Positions 36,087 to 44,895 of a stretch of DNA of 64,000 nucleotides are shown piece after piece. The stretch comes from Patescibacteria group bacterium (lineage in GTDB: Bacteria > Patescibacteriota > Microgenomatia > UBA1406 > GWC2-37-13). The position numbers and the translations under genes are program-made. Location: assembly GCA_038328135.1 (NCBI GenBank), contig JBBQLR010000002.1:12936-76935 (forward strand). Reading direction: 5' to 3'. Positions within the stretch are counted from its first letter, which is position 1. Every line of letters starts with the position of its first letter. A model generated the notes under the pieces. It was not told the origin of the DNA. It did no database searches and saw only the letters and a program-made list of their open reading frames with translations.

Positions 36087-37024
36087 ATGATTGATTTAAA
36101 ATATGCAATAGTTTTGTGCAATCCTTCATCCAGTGAAACTTTGGGTTCCCACTCAAGAAGTTCTTTTGCTTTGGATATATCTGGCTTTCTTTTCAGCGGA
36201 TCATCAAGTTCGATGGCCTTCAAAACAATTTCACTTGACGACTGCGTTAACCTCTTTATTTTATTGGCAATCTCTCTGATGGTCATCTCATTGGGGTTTC
36301 CTAAATTTATCACTTCTCCATTTTCAACTTCTTTTGTGGCGAGTGCCCATAGCCCGGAAACGAGGTCTGAAACGAAGCAGAAAGATCGCGTTTGCTCTCC
36401 TGTTCCATACAGAGAAATGGGTTCGTTCTTGAGGGCTTGGACGATAAAATTTGATATCACACGCCCGTCATCCACATCCATCCGTGGGCCATATGTATTG
36501 AAAATTCTTGCAATTCTTACTCCTGTCTTTTTCGTCCTCATATATGTCATACACATTGCTTCCCCAAAGCGTTTTGCTTCATCATAACAAGACCTTACAC
36601 CGTTTGGGTTTACGTTTCCCCAGTACCATTCAACTTGCGGGTGAACGAGTGGATCTCCGTATACCTCTGATGTTGATGCATAAATCAGAAGTGCATTTTT
36701 TTCCGTTGCAAAATCGAGTGCTTGTTTTGTCCCGAGTGAATTCACCTGCAACGTTTCGACCGGATGTTTTTTATATTGAATAGGGGAAGCGGGAGATGCC
36801 ATATGAAAAACAATATCAACCGGGGATTTGATTGAAGAATAATCAAATGTTAAGACATTTTGTTGAATAAAATGGAATGAAGGATTTTTAAGGGAATCAG
36901 ATATATTTTTTTCGCTACCCGTTATGAAATTATCGATACCCGTCACAGAATGTCCCAGATTTAAGATATGTCCCACCAAATGGGATGCAATAAAGCCGGC
37001 CGAACCAGTGATGAGAATATGCAT
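36083..37024 (-). CDS. UDP-glucuronate decarboxylase (UDP-xylose synthase) type SDR
   Basis: GSAGFIASHL Rossmann motif, YDEAKR (YxxxK), and RIFNTYGPRM, which is typical of UXS enzymes. Confidence 0.8.
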   Translation of the reverse strand: MHILITGSAGFIASHLVGHILNLGHSVTGIDNFITGSEKNISDSLKNPSFHFIQQNVLTFDYSSIKSPVDIVFHMASPASPIQYKKHPVETLQVNSLGTKQALDFATEKNALLIYASTSEVYGDPLVHPQVEWYWGNVNPNGVRSCYDEAKRFGEAMCMTYMRTKKTGVRIARIFNTYGPRMDVDDGRVISNFIVQALKNEPISLYGTGEQTRSFCFVSDLVSGLWALATKEVENGEVINLGNPNEMTIREIANKIKRLTQSSSEIVLKAIELDDPLKRKPDISKAKELLEWEPKVSLDEGLHKTIAYFKSII

Positions 37025-37030
37025 ATCCTA

Positions 37031-38332
37031 TTATAGCGAAACAGGAGCTCTTCCTGTCGAAATGTATGTAAACCCGAGTTCCTTCATGGTTTGTAAGTCA
37101 TAAATATTTCTCCCATCAAAAATCAAAGGCTGTTTCATGAGTTTTTTGACCTTAGACAGATCTATATTTTTGAATTCATTCCAATCGGTAAGAATAACAA
37201 GAGCATCAGCGTTATGGAGAGCATCATATGAACTTTTGGCATAGGTAAGCTTGTCTCCAAACATCTTTTGAATATTCTTCATACCTTCTTGATCATAGAC
37301 GGAAAGGATATATCCTTTTTCAAGAAGCGCTTTGATAATATCTGCAGAAGGAGCGAATCGGATATCGTCCGTATTTGGTTTGAAGCTTAAACCCCAGATA
37401 GCAATCCTTTTTCCCTTTACTTGAACAAGTATCTTGTCTAGAAGGTTAGTTCTCGCTTTTTCATTGATTGTATCAACAGCCTCAAGAAGTTGTGTATCAA
37501 TATCTAGATGTTTACCGGTCGAAATAAGGGCCTTCACATCTTTTGGAAAGCACGATCCTCCATATCCCACACCTGGGTCCATGAAAATTCTTCCAATACG
37601 TTGATCAAGGCCGACTGCGTCAAGTACATATTCGACATTAGCTCCCGTTTTTTCGCAGTAAAACGAAATAAGATTTGCAAATGAAATTTTCATTGCTAGT
37701 ACAGAATTAGATGTATATTTTATGAGTTCAGCGGACGCCAAATCAGTGACTATTTTTTTACCCGTGATTGGGGTGTGGATTTTTAATAGCAAATCTATGG
37801 CTTTTTGTGACTCCGAACCAATAACCACTCGATCTGCGTGAAACGTATCGTGAAGTGCACTTCCTTCTCGTAAAAACTCCGGGCATGAAGCGACTGCAAA
37901 TTGTGCATCTTTATTTTTACATTTATTTATTATTCCTTCAATTATTTTATTAGTTCCAACTGGTACTGTACTTTTACAAGATATAACGGTGAATCTTTTT
38001 GAAATATTTTTTCCGATTTGTTCTGCCACCTTAAGAACTGTTGATAAATCAGCTTCTCCATTTTCTTTTGGCGGAGTGCCAACCGTGATGAAAACGATTT
38101 CACTGTTTGGAACGGAGGCAACAAAATCCGTAGTAAAAATCAATCTCCCCGCTTTGATATTTTTTTCCAAAACTTCTTTTAGACCCGGTTCATAAATAAT
38201 CGGATCCCCACTTTTTAGTCGTTCTAATTTTTCTGGTGTATGTCCAACAACATACACAGTGTTTCCAAAATCTGCAAAAACGCAAGCAGAAACTAAGCCC
38301 ACATATCCATGCCCAACGATTGTGATTGTCAT
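37031..38332 (-). CDS. ugd: UDP-glucose 6-dehydrogenase
   Basis: GHGYVGLV NAD fold and GGSCFPKD catalytic-cysteine motif; 433 aa. Confidence 0.9.
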   Translation of the reverse strand: MTITIVGHGYVGLVSACVFADFGNTVYVVGHTPEKLERLKSGDPIIYEPGLKEVLEKNIKAGRLIFTTDFVASVPNSEIVFITVGTPPKENGEADLSTVLKVAEQIGKNISKRFTVISCKSTVPVGTNKIIEGIINKCKNKDAQFAVASCPEFLREGSALHDTFHADRVVIGSESQKAIDLLLKIHTPITGKKIVTDLASAELIKYTSNSVLAMKISFANLISFYCEKTGANVEYVLDAVGLDQRIGRIFMDPGVGYGGSCFPKDVKALISTGKHLDIDTQLLEAVDTINEKARTNLLDKILVQVKGKRIAIWGLSFKPNTDDIRFAPSADIIKALLEKGYILSVYDQEGMKNIQKMFGDKLTYAKSSYDALHNADALVILTDWNEFKNIDLSKVKKLMKQPLIFDGRNIYDLQTMKELGFTYISTGRAPVSL

Positions 38333-38416
38333 ATAAGTTTGCGTCGCATTAAATAATAAATTTTACCTCTCCTTTCAGGAGAATGCGACATAAGGGTTCG
38401 TAATCATCAATCATTT

Positions 38417-39271
38417 TCATATTGATGAACGATCCCTAAGTTGATTTTTAATAATAGTTAATCCTTCTTCAAAAGTATGCATGGGGAAAAACGTATTTTT
38501 TTCACTTCGTACGTCGTTGTAGCGAGGGCCTTTTGCCTTATCCTTGAAATATTCTTCATAGGTGGTTTTACCAATGAGCGAATCGTCAAGCTGGAAAACA
38601 CGCGCTATCGTTTTTGCTAAGGTAAAAGGAGACATAGCGTCTTTTCCCACGAGATGAAATGTATCGTTTGAAAAATTATTCATCAGATATCCAAGGCCTT
38701 GGGCGATATCGTCTATGAAAGTGGGGACCATGAGTGAATCATCCACCATTGTAAGAGATTTTTTTGCTTCAAGTAGCGACTTGAGGGTACGAAAAATATC
38801 CTTCTTTTCTTCAAATGCGCTTCGATACGGGTAGGCAAATCGCACAATCATCCCGTTTTTTCCTACTACTTTTTCTCCGGCATATTTTGAGGCTGCATAG
38901 ACAGAAATTGGATGAGGAATACTCGTTTCAGTATAGGGTGGGTGAGTCCCATCAAATACAAAATCGGTAGAAATATAAATAAATTCTTTTTTTGCGGATT
39001 GTACAACGTCAAGAAGATTTCTCGTGCCGGTTTCATTTATCGAAAATACCTTTTCCTTTTCTGCTTCTCCTCCCATTACATTCGTATATGCTGCTAAATG
39101 AAGCATGAGGTCATAGGAAAGATCTTTCAAATTTTTTTGGATTGAATTTTTATCAGTAATGTCCATGTTTTGAATGGACAGAGGAACAAACTCAAATTGT
39201 TTGGAAAGGAGTTCTATTATCCTACTTCCAACCAAACCACTAGCACCTGTGACGGCAACTTTTTTTTTCAT
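38417..39271 (-). CDS. dTDP-4-dehydrorhamnose reductase-like SDR (RmlD family)
   Basis: TGASGLVGSRI, YAASKYAGE (YxxxK), 284 aa, adjacent to rfbB. Confidence 0.7.
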   Translation of the reverse strand: MKKKVAVTGASGLVGSRIIELLSKQFEFVPLSIQNMDITDKNSIQKNLKDLSYDLMLHLAAYTNVMGGEAEKEKVFSINETGTRNLLDVVQSAKKEFIYISTDFVFDGTHPPYTETSIPHPISVYAASKYAGEKVVGKNGMIVRFAYPYRSAFEEKKDIFRTLKSLLEAKKSLTMVDDSLMVPTFIDDIAQGLGYLMNNFSNDTFHLVGKDAMSPFTLAKTIARVFQLDDSLIGKTTYEEYFKDKAKGPRYNDVRSEKNTFFPMHTFEEGLTIIKNQLRDRSSI

Positions 39272-40278
39272 TATTTATATTGGGTTTTGTAATAGTCTTT
39301 ATATTCTCCGCTTTTTATGCGTTTCCACCATTCCTCATTTTTTTTGAACCATTCTATTGTTTCAATGAGTGCTGTCTCAAAGGAGTGCTTTGGGCTCCAT
39401 CCAAGTTCCTGATTAATAGTGGACCAGTCGATTGCATACCTTCTATCATGTCCTGGTCTATCTTTTACATATTTAATCACGGATTCATCTACTCCCATAA
39501 TCTTGATTATCTTCTTAATTACCTCAATATTTGAAATATCCTCTGATAATCCTCCCACCAGATATGTTTTTCCGACAGTTCCTTTTTGGATAATTGCATC
39601 AATAGCCTCACAATGGTCCAAGACATACAGCCAATCACGAACATATAGACCATCACCATACACAGGCACTGTTTTGCCTTCTACTATATTTGTGATTGCA
39701 AGGGGAATGAGTTTTTCTGGAAAATGATGAGGACCGAAATTATTTGAGCAATTGGAAATGGTGAAAGGAAGATTATATGTGTCTCCATATGCCCGAACAA
39801 GATGGTCTGACGATGCTTTTGAAGCGGAATAGGGGCTATGAGGGTTGTATGGCGTTGTATCCTTAAATTTTTCCGATGAATCAAGGGGGAGAGCGCCGAA
39901 AACCTCATCAGTTGAGACATGATGGAAACGGGAAATCTTATTTTTTATAGCTGCCTCAAGAAGTACATGAGTGCCAACGATATTCGTTTGAATAAAGGGA
40001 GCAGCATCAAGTATTGATCGATCGACATGGCTTTCTGCCGCAAAATGGACAATCATATCCACGTTTCGGGTAACATCCTCTATTAACCGTTTATTGCAGA
40101 TGTCTCCCTGGATAAATTCATAATTGGGATTTTTTTCTACTTCCTTAAGATTTTCTAGGTTTCCTGCATAGGTGAGTTTATCGAAGTTAATTATTGAATC
40201 TTGAGGATATTTTTTCATCCAATACAAAATGAAGTTTGAACCGATAAATCCAGCTCCGCCTGTGACGAATAATTTCAT
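39271..40278 (-). CDS. rfbB: dTDP-glucose 4,6-dehydratase
   Basis: TGGAGFIGSNF, HVSTDEV and YSASKASSDHLVRAY signatures. TATAAT sits 8 nt upstream of the ATG. Confidence 0.9.
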   Translation of the reverse strand: MKLFVTGGAGFIGSNFILYWMKKYPQDSIINFDKLTYAGNLENLKEVEKNPNYEFIQGDICNKRLIEDVTRNVDMIVHFAAESHVDRSILDAAPFIQTNIVGTHVLLEAAIKNKISRFHHVSTDEVFGALPLDSSEKFKDTTPYNPHSPYSASKASSDHLVRAYGDTYNLPFTISNCSNNFGPHHFPEKLIPLAITNIVEGKTVPVYGDGLYVRDWLYVLDHCEAIDAIIQKGTVGKTYLVGGLSEDISNIEVIKKIIKIMGVDESVIKYVKDRPGHDRRYAIDWSTINQELGWSPKHSFETALIETIEWFKKNEEWWKRIKSGEYKDYYKTQYK

Positions 40279-40354
40279 ATAGGTACATTATACCGAGTTG
40301 AAACAAAATTACCAGCAAACTCAATAATGATTTGTTTCATAATTGAGGAGTAAA

Positions 40355-40834
40355 ATGAGAGATATGGAGAAGAAAAATAAAGTGCCTATATCAGAGTATA
40401 AAGAGGAATATAAGGGTCAGATTATAAAACTTGTAGGAGAGACGCTTGTGGACCAGGAAGTGATTAAGGCAAGCGACCTACCAATTGATGATGATGATCT
40501 GCAGAAAATACCGGAACTATATAAAGGGAGAAGTAGGTTTTGGGTGGCCGTTGACGGGGAGCGAGTTGTTGGCACTGTAGGCATCCAGGAAAAGTACGAA
40601 ACTCTCTCGAAATTACGAAGAATGTTTGTGCAAAAAGAATATCGAGGCACCGGATTGGGCCAAAAACTCCTCGATACAGCAATCCAATTTGCGAAAGATG
40701 CTGGATATACCAAAATCGCCCTCAACACTCACCAAAACATGAAGCGTGCGCACCATTTTTATGAAAAGAACAAGTTTGTCCTTATTGGGGAAAAAGGAAG
40801 TGAGTGCAAGATTTGTTATGAGAGAAGCTTATAA
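40355..40834 (+). CDS. GNAT family N-acetyltransferase
   Basis: Motif A YRGTGLGQKLL. Start at the ATG 4 nt after SD GAGGAG (40345-40350); the track ORF starts at an upstream TTG. Confidence 0.8.
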   Translation: MRDMEKKNKVPISEYKEEYKGQIIKLVGETLVDQEVIKASDLPIDDDDLQKIPELYKGRSRFWVAVDGERVVGTVGIQEKYETLSKLRRMFVQKEYRGTGLGQKLLDTAIQFAKDAGYTKIALNTHQNMKRAHHFYEKNKFVLIGEKGSECKICYERSL

Positions 40835-40852
40835 AGGTTAAATGTAGGCTGG

Positions 40853-40872
40853 ATCCCCGCCTCCGCCGGGAT
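40853..40872. terminator. GC-rich hairpin between convergent genes (possible bidirectional terminator)
   Basis: ATCCC..GC / GC..GGGAT with a 4-nt loop and one C.C mismatch; an A/T-rich run follows on the plus strand. Confidence 0.4.
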
Positions 40873-40892
40873 GATGATAAAAATTCTCTATT

Positions 40893-42053
40893 TTATTTTT
40901 TTAGAGTCGTTTTTTCTTCGGTATAGTATTGGCTGTTGACGAGCTTGTCGAGCATTTTCCATCTCTTGTCCTTCACAACATGAGGAACATCATCCGGAAT
41001 ATTTTTATATGCATGAGTTCCTCGGCGATTTGAGTAGATAGAAATATAAGCCTTTTCAAATTTGATTGTTTCACACAGCTTAACGGTATTTTGATATTCC
41101 TCCTCTGTTTCACCACAAAACCCTACGATAATGTCTGTTGTGATATGTGCTTCAGGCATTTTCTTCTTGATTCGCCGTACCAAATCGATATATTCCTTCG
41201 CTGTATACCACCTATTCATTCGTTTTAAAACGGCGTCATCCCCAGACTGAACAGCTAGGTGGAATGTACGAGTGATGTTTTTATATTTGGCAATTGTGTC
41301 TATTAGTTCCTCCGAAAAATCCCATGGATTACTGGACATGAAACTCACTTCTTCAAACCCTATTTCGGCAACAGCAGCCAATAGATGGGGGAATAGAGTG
41401 GGTATTCGGCTTTTTCCTAAGTGTTTTACATATATGGGTTTTAGTTCTTGCTGTTTCTTCCCAGCGAGTACGATATCTGAACCGTAAGAATTTACATTTT
41501 GGCCAAGTAAAAGCACTTTTTTAAATCCATTTAAAAATGCCGTCCCAGCTTCTTTAACAATGTCTTCAAAAGCTCGGCTGATCTCCCTTCCCCGGGTGTA
41601 AGGCACCACACAATAGGTACAGAAATTATTACAACCATTTGTGATGGGGATAAGCGCGGTTTCTTTATCCTGTCTTAAAGGAGCCAGCTCAAATCCAATC
41701 TCTTCTAGAGGCACAAACTGGTCCGCCGCAGGCATTCTTCTATGGAGCTCTTTCATCATTTTCCCCGTTTTATCTCTCACAGCCATTCCCGTCATACAAC
41801 CGGTTATTACTATTTTAAATTCTTTATTCGCTTTTAGTTTTTTTTCCTTGAGCGGGATGAGATTATTTACCATACCATACACTCTATTTTCTGCTGCTTC
41901 CTTGATCATACACGTGGTAATAACGACATAGTTCGACTCTTCTAAAGACGACGCTTTTTCCATTCCAGCATTTTCACAATACGCAGCTAGTCGTTCGGAA
42001 TCGGCAACGTTTTGTTGACATCCAAACGTGTGTATAAAATATTTTTTTTTCAT
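40893..42053 (-). CDS. radical SAM methylthiotransferase (MiaB/RimO family) without a TRAM domain
   Basis: N-terminal MTTase domain (HTFGCQQN) and radical SAM CNNFCTYC. Ends after the radical SAM domain at 386 aa. Confidence 0.8.
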   Translation of the reverse strand: MKKKYFIHTFGCQQNVADSERLAAYCENAGMEKASSLEESNYVVITTCMIKEAAENRVYGMVNNLIPLKEKKLKANKEFKIVITGCMTGMAVRDKTGKMMKELHRRMPAADQFVPLEEIGFELAPLRQDKETALIPITNGCNNFCTYCVVPYTRGREISRAFEDIVKEAGTAFLNGFKKVLLLGQNVNSYGSDIVLAGKKQQELKPIYVKHLGKSRIPTLFPHLLAAVAEIGFEEVSFMSSNPWDFSEELIDTIAKYKNITRTFHLAVQSGDDAVLKRMNRWYTAKEYIDLVRRIKKKMPEAHITTDIIVGFCGETEEEYQNTVKLCETIKFEKAYISIYSNRRGTHAYKNIPDDVPHVVKDKRWKMLDKLVNSQYYTEEKTTLKK

Positions 42054-43111
42054 GATAACACTTCCTTTTTTTTATCAACAACGATGAAAAAGATAGCGAG
42101 CAAGAGCGCGACAAGACCGAAAGCAATAAGTTTTTCCAAGCCATTTAAAAAGAGACTTGCACTCCCTAAAATAGCGGTGACTAACCAATAGAATATCGCG
42201 ATTCTTCTTTTTCCCCAACCAAGTTCCATAAGACGATGGTGAAGGTGCCCTCTATCTGCCTTAAATGGTGATGCTCCTTTCCTAATTCGGCGAATAATTG
42301 TGTAGAGTGCATCAATCATGGGGACAGCTAAAACAAGCACGAAAGTCCCGATTTTTCCAAATGAAAGGATTGATAATACTCCAAGCCAAAAGCCAGCTAA
42401 TGCGCCACCTCCGTATCCAGGCATAATCATTTGAGGAAAGAAATTGAACGGAAGAAATCCCACAAATACTCCCGACACGATTATTGCAAAAAAAAGAACA
42501 TTTGTGGTGCTGACATCATGGGCGATAAACCGTTGGGAAACAAGCCCAAGAATAATAGCTGCGATAGCAACGAATCCAGGCATCTGGCCATCTACCCCCT
42601 TACTCCAATTGATCATATTAGTAATCCATGTAAGCCAAATAAGTGCAATTAAATCTGCCAAAGGCAAAATTGAGTGGACACCACCAAAAATAGTAAAGGT
42701 AATTCTCCATGTGTCAAGGTGAATGACGCCTCCAAACGGATTTGATACAAACGGAATTCCGAGTCCAAATCCAATGACAATTGCGGAAATTAAAAGGTTA
42801 ATTCCAAACCGGAAATAGGGCGACAAATCATAGTAGTCATCAAGAAGCCCGACAATTATAGTAAGCGTGCTCGCGATAATGATGCCTATATAGAGCTTAT
42901 TGAGGGAGATAAATATAAAAGAAGTAATGATGAAAGCAAGAAAAAGGGGGAGACCGCCGCCTCGCGGTATACGTCCAATATGGGTGTGTGCTGGGTGTTT
43001 ACGAATTTTGCTATCAGTGATTAGCCCAAAACGGTTTGCAAGAAATATCGTCGGAGGTGTAAGAAGATAGGCAAAACTAGCAGCCATTCCAAACGCAAGA
43101 ACATATTCCAT
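42050..43111 (-). CDS. polyprenyl-phosphate N-acetylhexosamine-1-phosphate transferase (GT4, WecA/TagO-like)
   Basis: About 10 TM helices, GLLDDYYDL, NWSKGVDG and DRGHLHHRL motifs (WecA-like rather than the MraY PIHHH motif). Confidence 0.8.
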   Translation of the reverse strand: MEYVLAFGMAASFAYLLTPPTIFLANRFGLITDSKIRKHPAHTHIGRIPRGGGLPLFLAFIITSFIFISLNKLYIGIIIASTLTIIVGLLDDYYDLSPYFRFGINLLISAIVIGFGLGIPFVSNPFGGVIHLDTWRITFTIFGGVHSILPLADLIALIWLTWITNMINWSKGVDGQMPGFVAIAAIILGLVSQRFIAHDVSTTNVLFFAIIVSGVFVGFLPFNFFPQMIMPGYGGGALAGFWLGVLSILSFGKIGTFVLVLAVPMIDALYTIIRRIRKGASPFKADRGHLHHRLMELGWGKRRIAIFYWLVTAILGSASLFLNGLEKLIAFGLVALLLAIFFIVVDKKKEVLS

Positions 43112-43116
43112 AATAG

Positions 43117-43422
43117 TTAGGAAACCAACAAAATGATTCTAATGAACAAATAGGTACATATTCCAATGATTGATATATTTACATACCGAAACAATGATTT
43201 CTCAAAATCTTCACGATGAAAATAAGTGTTATATATGAATGTATTGAAAATACAAAAACTATTCATAATAATGGGGATAAGAAAAATCATCCACCACTCG
43301 ACAAGCTGATCCTCGCCAATAGGGAGTGAATAGAAGAGAGGAATTTGGGGAGGGATCATTCTCATCCTAAGGATATACACACCAAGTTGCAAGAGATTTG
43401 CGCCCAAAAGCAAGCCTATCAT
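43117..43422 (-). CDS. small polytopic membrane protein (101 aa)
   Basis: Three hydrophobic helices. Start placed at MIGLLLG, which has TATAAT 9 nt upstream. The 46 codons further upstream in the track ORF look non-coding. Confidence 0.5.
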   Translation of the reverse strand: MIGLLLGANLLQLGVYILRMRMIPPQIPLFYSLPIGEDQLVEWWMIFLIPIIMNSFCIFNTFIYNTYFHREDFEKSLFRYVNISIIGICTYLFIRIILLVS

Positions 43423-43575
43423 ATAATGTATATTATACCTTATCAATCCAGAATGAGGCAGGGAGTAGCGAGAATCTACCCCTTGCAGGGAGAAAAAAAA
43501 TACAGTATTATCACCGCATGACATAAAAAGATTAGCTCTCCTCACCCACCTATTAATCATTCATTTTTTATTACC

Positions 43576-44892
43576 ATGGTTGACAAAATACTCCAAAAAC
43601 TTACTCAGGAAGAAGTGAAAAGACAAACGGAAGGAATTGAGCTTATCCCTTCCGAAAACTTTGCTTCTGCGTCGGTTCGATCATATTTAAGCACAGAATT
43701 TGTGAACAAATACTCGGAAGGATACCCGGGTAAACGATACTACGGAGGAAATGAAGTGGTTGATAAGGTAGAGCTATTAGCTCAAGATCGTGCGAAAAAA
43801 CTGTTCGGTGTTCCTTTCGTCAATGTACAGCCGTACTCAGGTTCGCCTGCGAATTTAGCTGTCTATTTAGCCGTGTGCAAGCCGGGAGACAGTATCATGG
43901 GGCAGGGGCTTACCGCTGGTGGGCATCTTACGCACGGGCATATGGTATCTGCAACGGGAATTTTCTATAAAAGCCACCAATATGGTGTAGATCCAACGAG
44001 CCCGGACCTTTTCGATTATGAAGCAATATTGAAACTTGCTGAAGAGTTTAAGCCAAAGCTTATTTGGGTTGGAGCAACAGCTCATCCTCTTATTTTCAAC
44101 TATAAAAAATTTAGCGAAATAGCAGAAAAAGTAGGAGCGGTGCTTGCTGCGGATATTTCACACATTGCGGGTTTAATAGTAGGAGGAGTTCATCCAAGCC
44201 CAGTTCCCTATGTTCATATTGTAACAACTACCACTCATAAAACGCTTCGAGGACCCCGTGGAGCAATGATAATGGTTACAAAAAAAGGGTTTGAAGCTTA
44301 CCCAGATTTACCTGACAGAATTAATAAGGCTGTATTTCCCGGTCTTCAAGGAGGACCTCATGATAATCAGACAGCAGCAATTGCAGCGGCTCTTGAAGAA
44401 GCTTCCACGAAGAAGTTTGCCACATACGCAAAACAAATTGTAAAGAATTCATTGGCTCTCGCCGATGAGCTAAAAAAACAAGGGATGCAGTTGGTTGGAG
44501 GCACTTCACAAAATCATCTCATCCTAGTCGACTTAACGGAGGCAATGGGACCTGGAACAGGAATATTTATGCAGCGAGCCCTAGATCACTCAGGACTTAC
44601 TTTGAATAAGAATACTGTTCCAGGAGAAAAATCATCTCCTTTCTATCCATCGGGAGTACGTCTGGGAACGCCAGCAGCAACAAGTAGAGGGATGAAAGAA
44701 AATGATATGAAGAAAATTGGGCAGTTTATGGGACAAATCTTGGATATCATAAAAGGCTATAAACTTCCGTCCGAAAAAGAAGAAAGACTGAAACTATTGA
44801 AGGAGTTCTCACTATTTATCTCAACAAATAAGGAAATAAAGAAAATCAGGGAAGAGGTACGAATCATGGCAAAACGATTCCCCTTGCCATAA
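43576..44892 (+). CDS. glyA: serine hydroxymethyltransferase
   Basis: LIPSENF, GYPGKRYYGG and TTTTHKTLRGPRG (PLP lysine) signatures. Confidence 0.95.
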   Translation: MVDKILQKLTQEEVKRQTEGIELIPSENFASASVRSYLSTEFVNKYSEGYPGKRYYGGNEVVDKVELLAQDRAKKLFGVPFVNVQPYSGSPANLAVYLAVCKPGDSIMGQGLTAGGHLTHGHMVSATGIFYKSHQYGVDPTSPDLFDYEAILKLAEEFKPKLIWVGATAHPLIFNYKKFSEIAEKVGAVLAADISHIAGLIVGGVHPSPVPYVHIVTTTTHKTLRGPRGAMIMVTKKGFEAYPDLPDRINKAVFPGLQGGPHDNQTAAIAAALEEASTKKFATYAKQIVKNSLALADELKKQGMQLVGGTSQNHLILVDLTEAMGPGTGIFMQRALDHSGLTLNKNTVPGEKSSPFYPSGVRLGTPAATSRGMKENDMKKIGQFMGQILDIIKGYKLPSEKEERLKLLKEFSLFISTNKEIKKIREEVRIMAKRFPLP

Positions 44893-44895
44893 CGA

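Noticed and set aside
35575-36587. Long antisense ORFs 35575..36057 (160 aa) and 36087..36587 (166 aa). Similar cases: 3492..3887, 46748..47287, 52152..52589, 56618..57013 and 57279..57776.
   Set aside because: All lie fully inside strongly supported genes on the other strand or in another frame (GT2, UXS, recJ, GT2 synthase, tuf, ribosomal proteins). They have low-complexity or Ser/Phe-rich compositions and no motifs. These are typical shadow ORFs.
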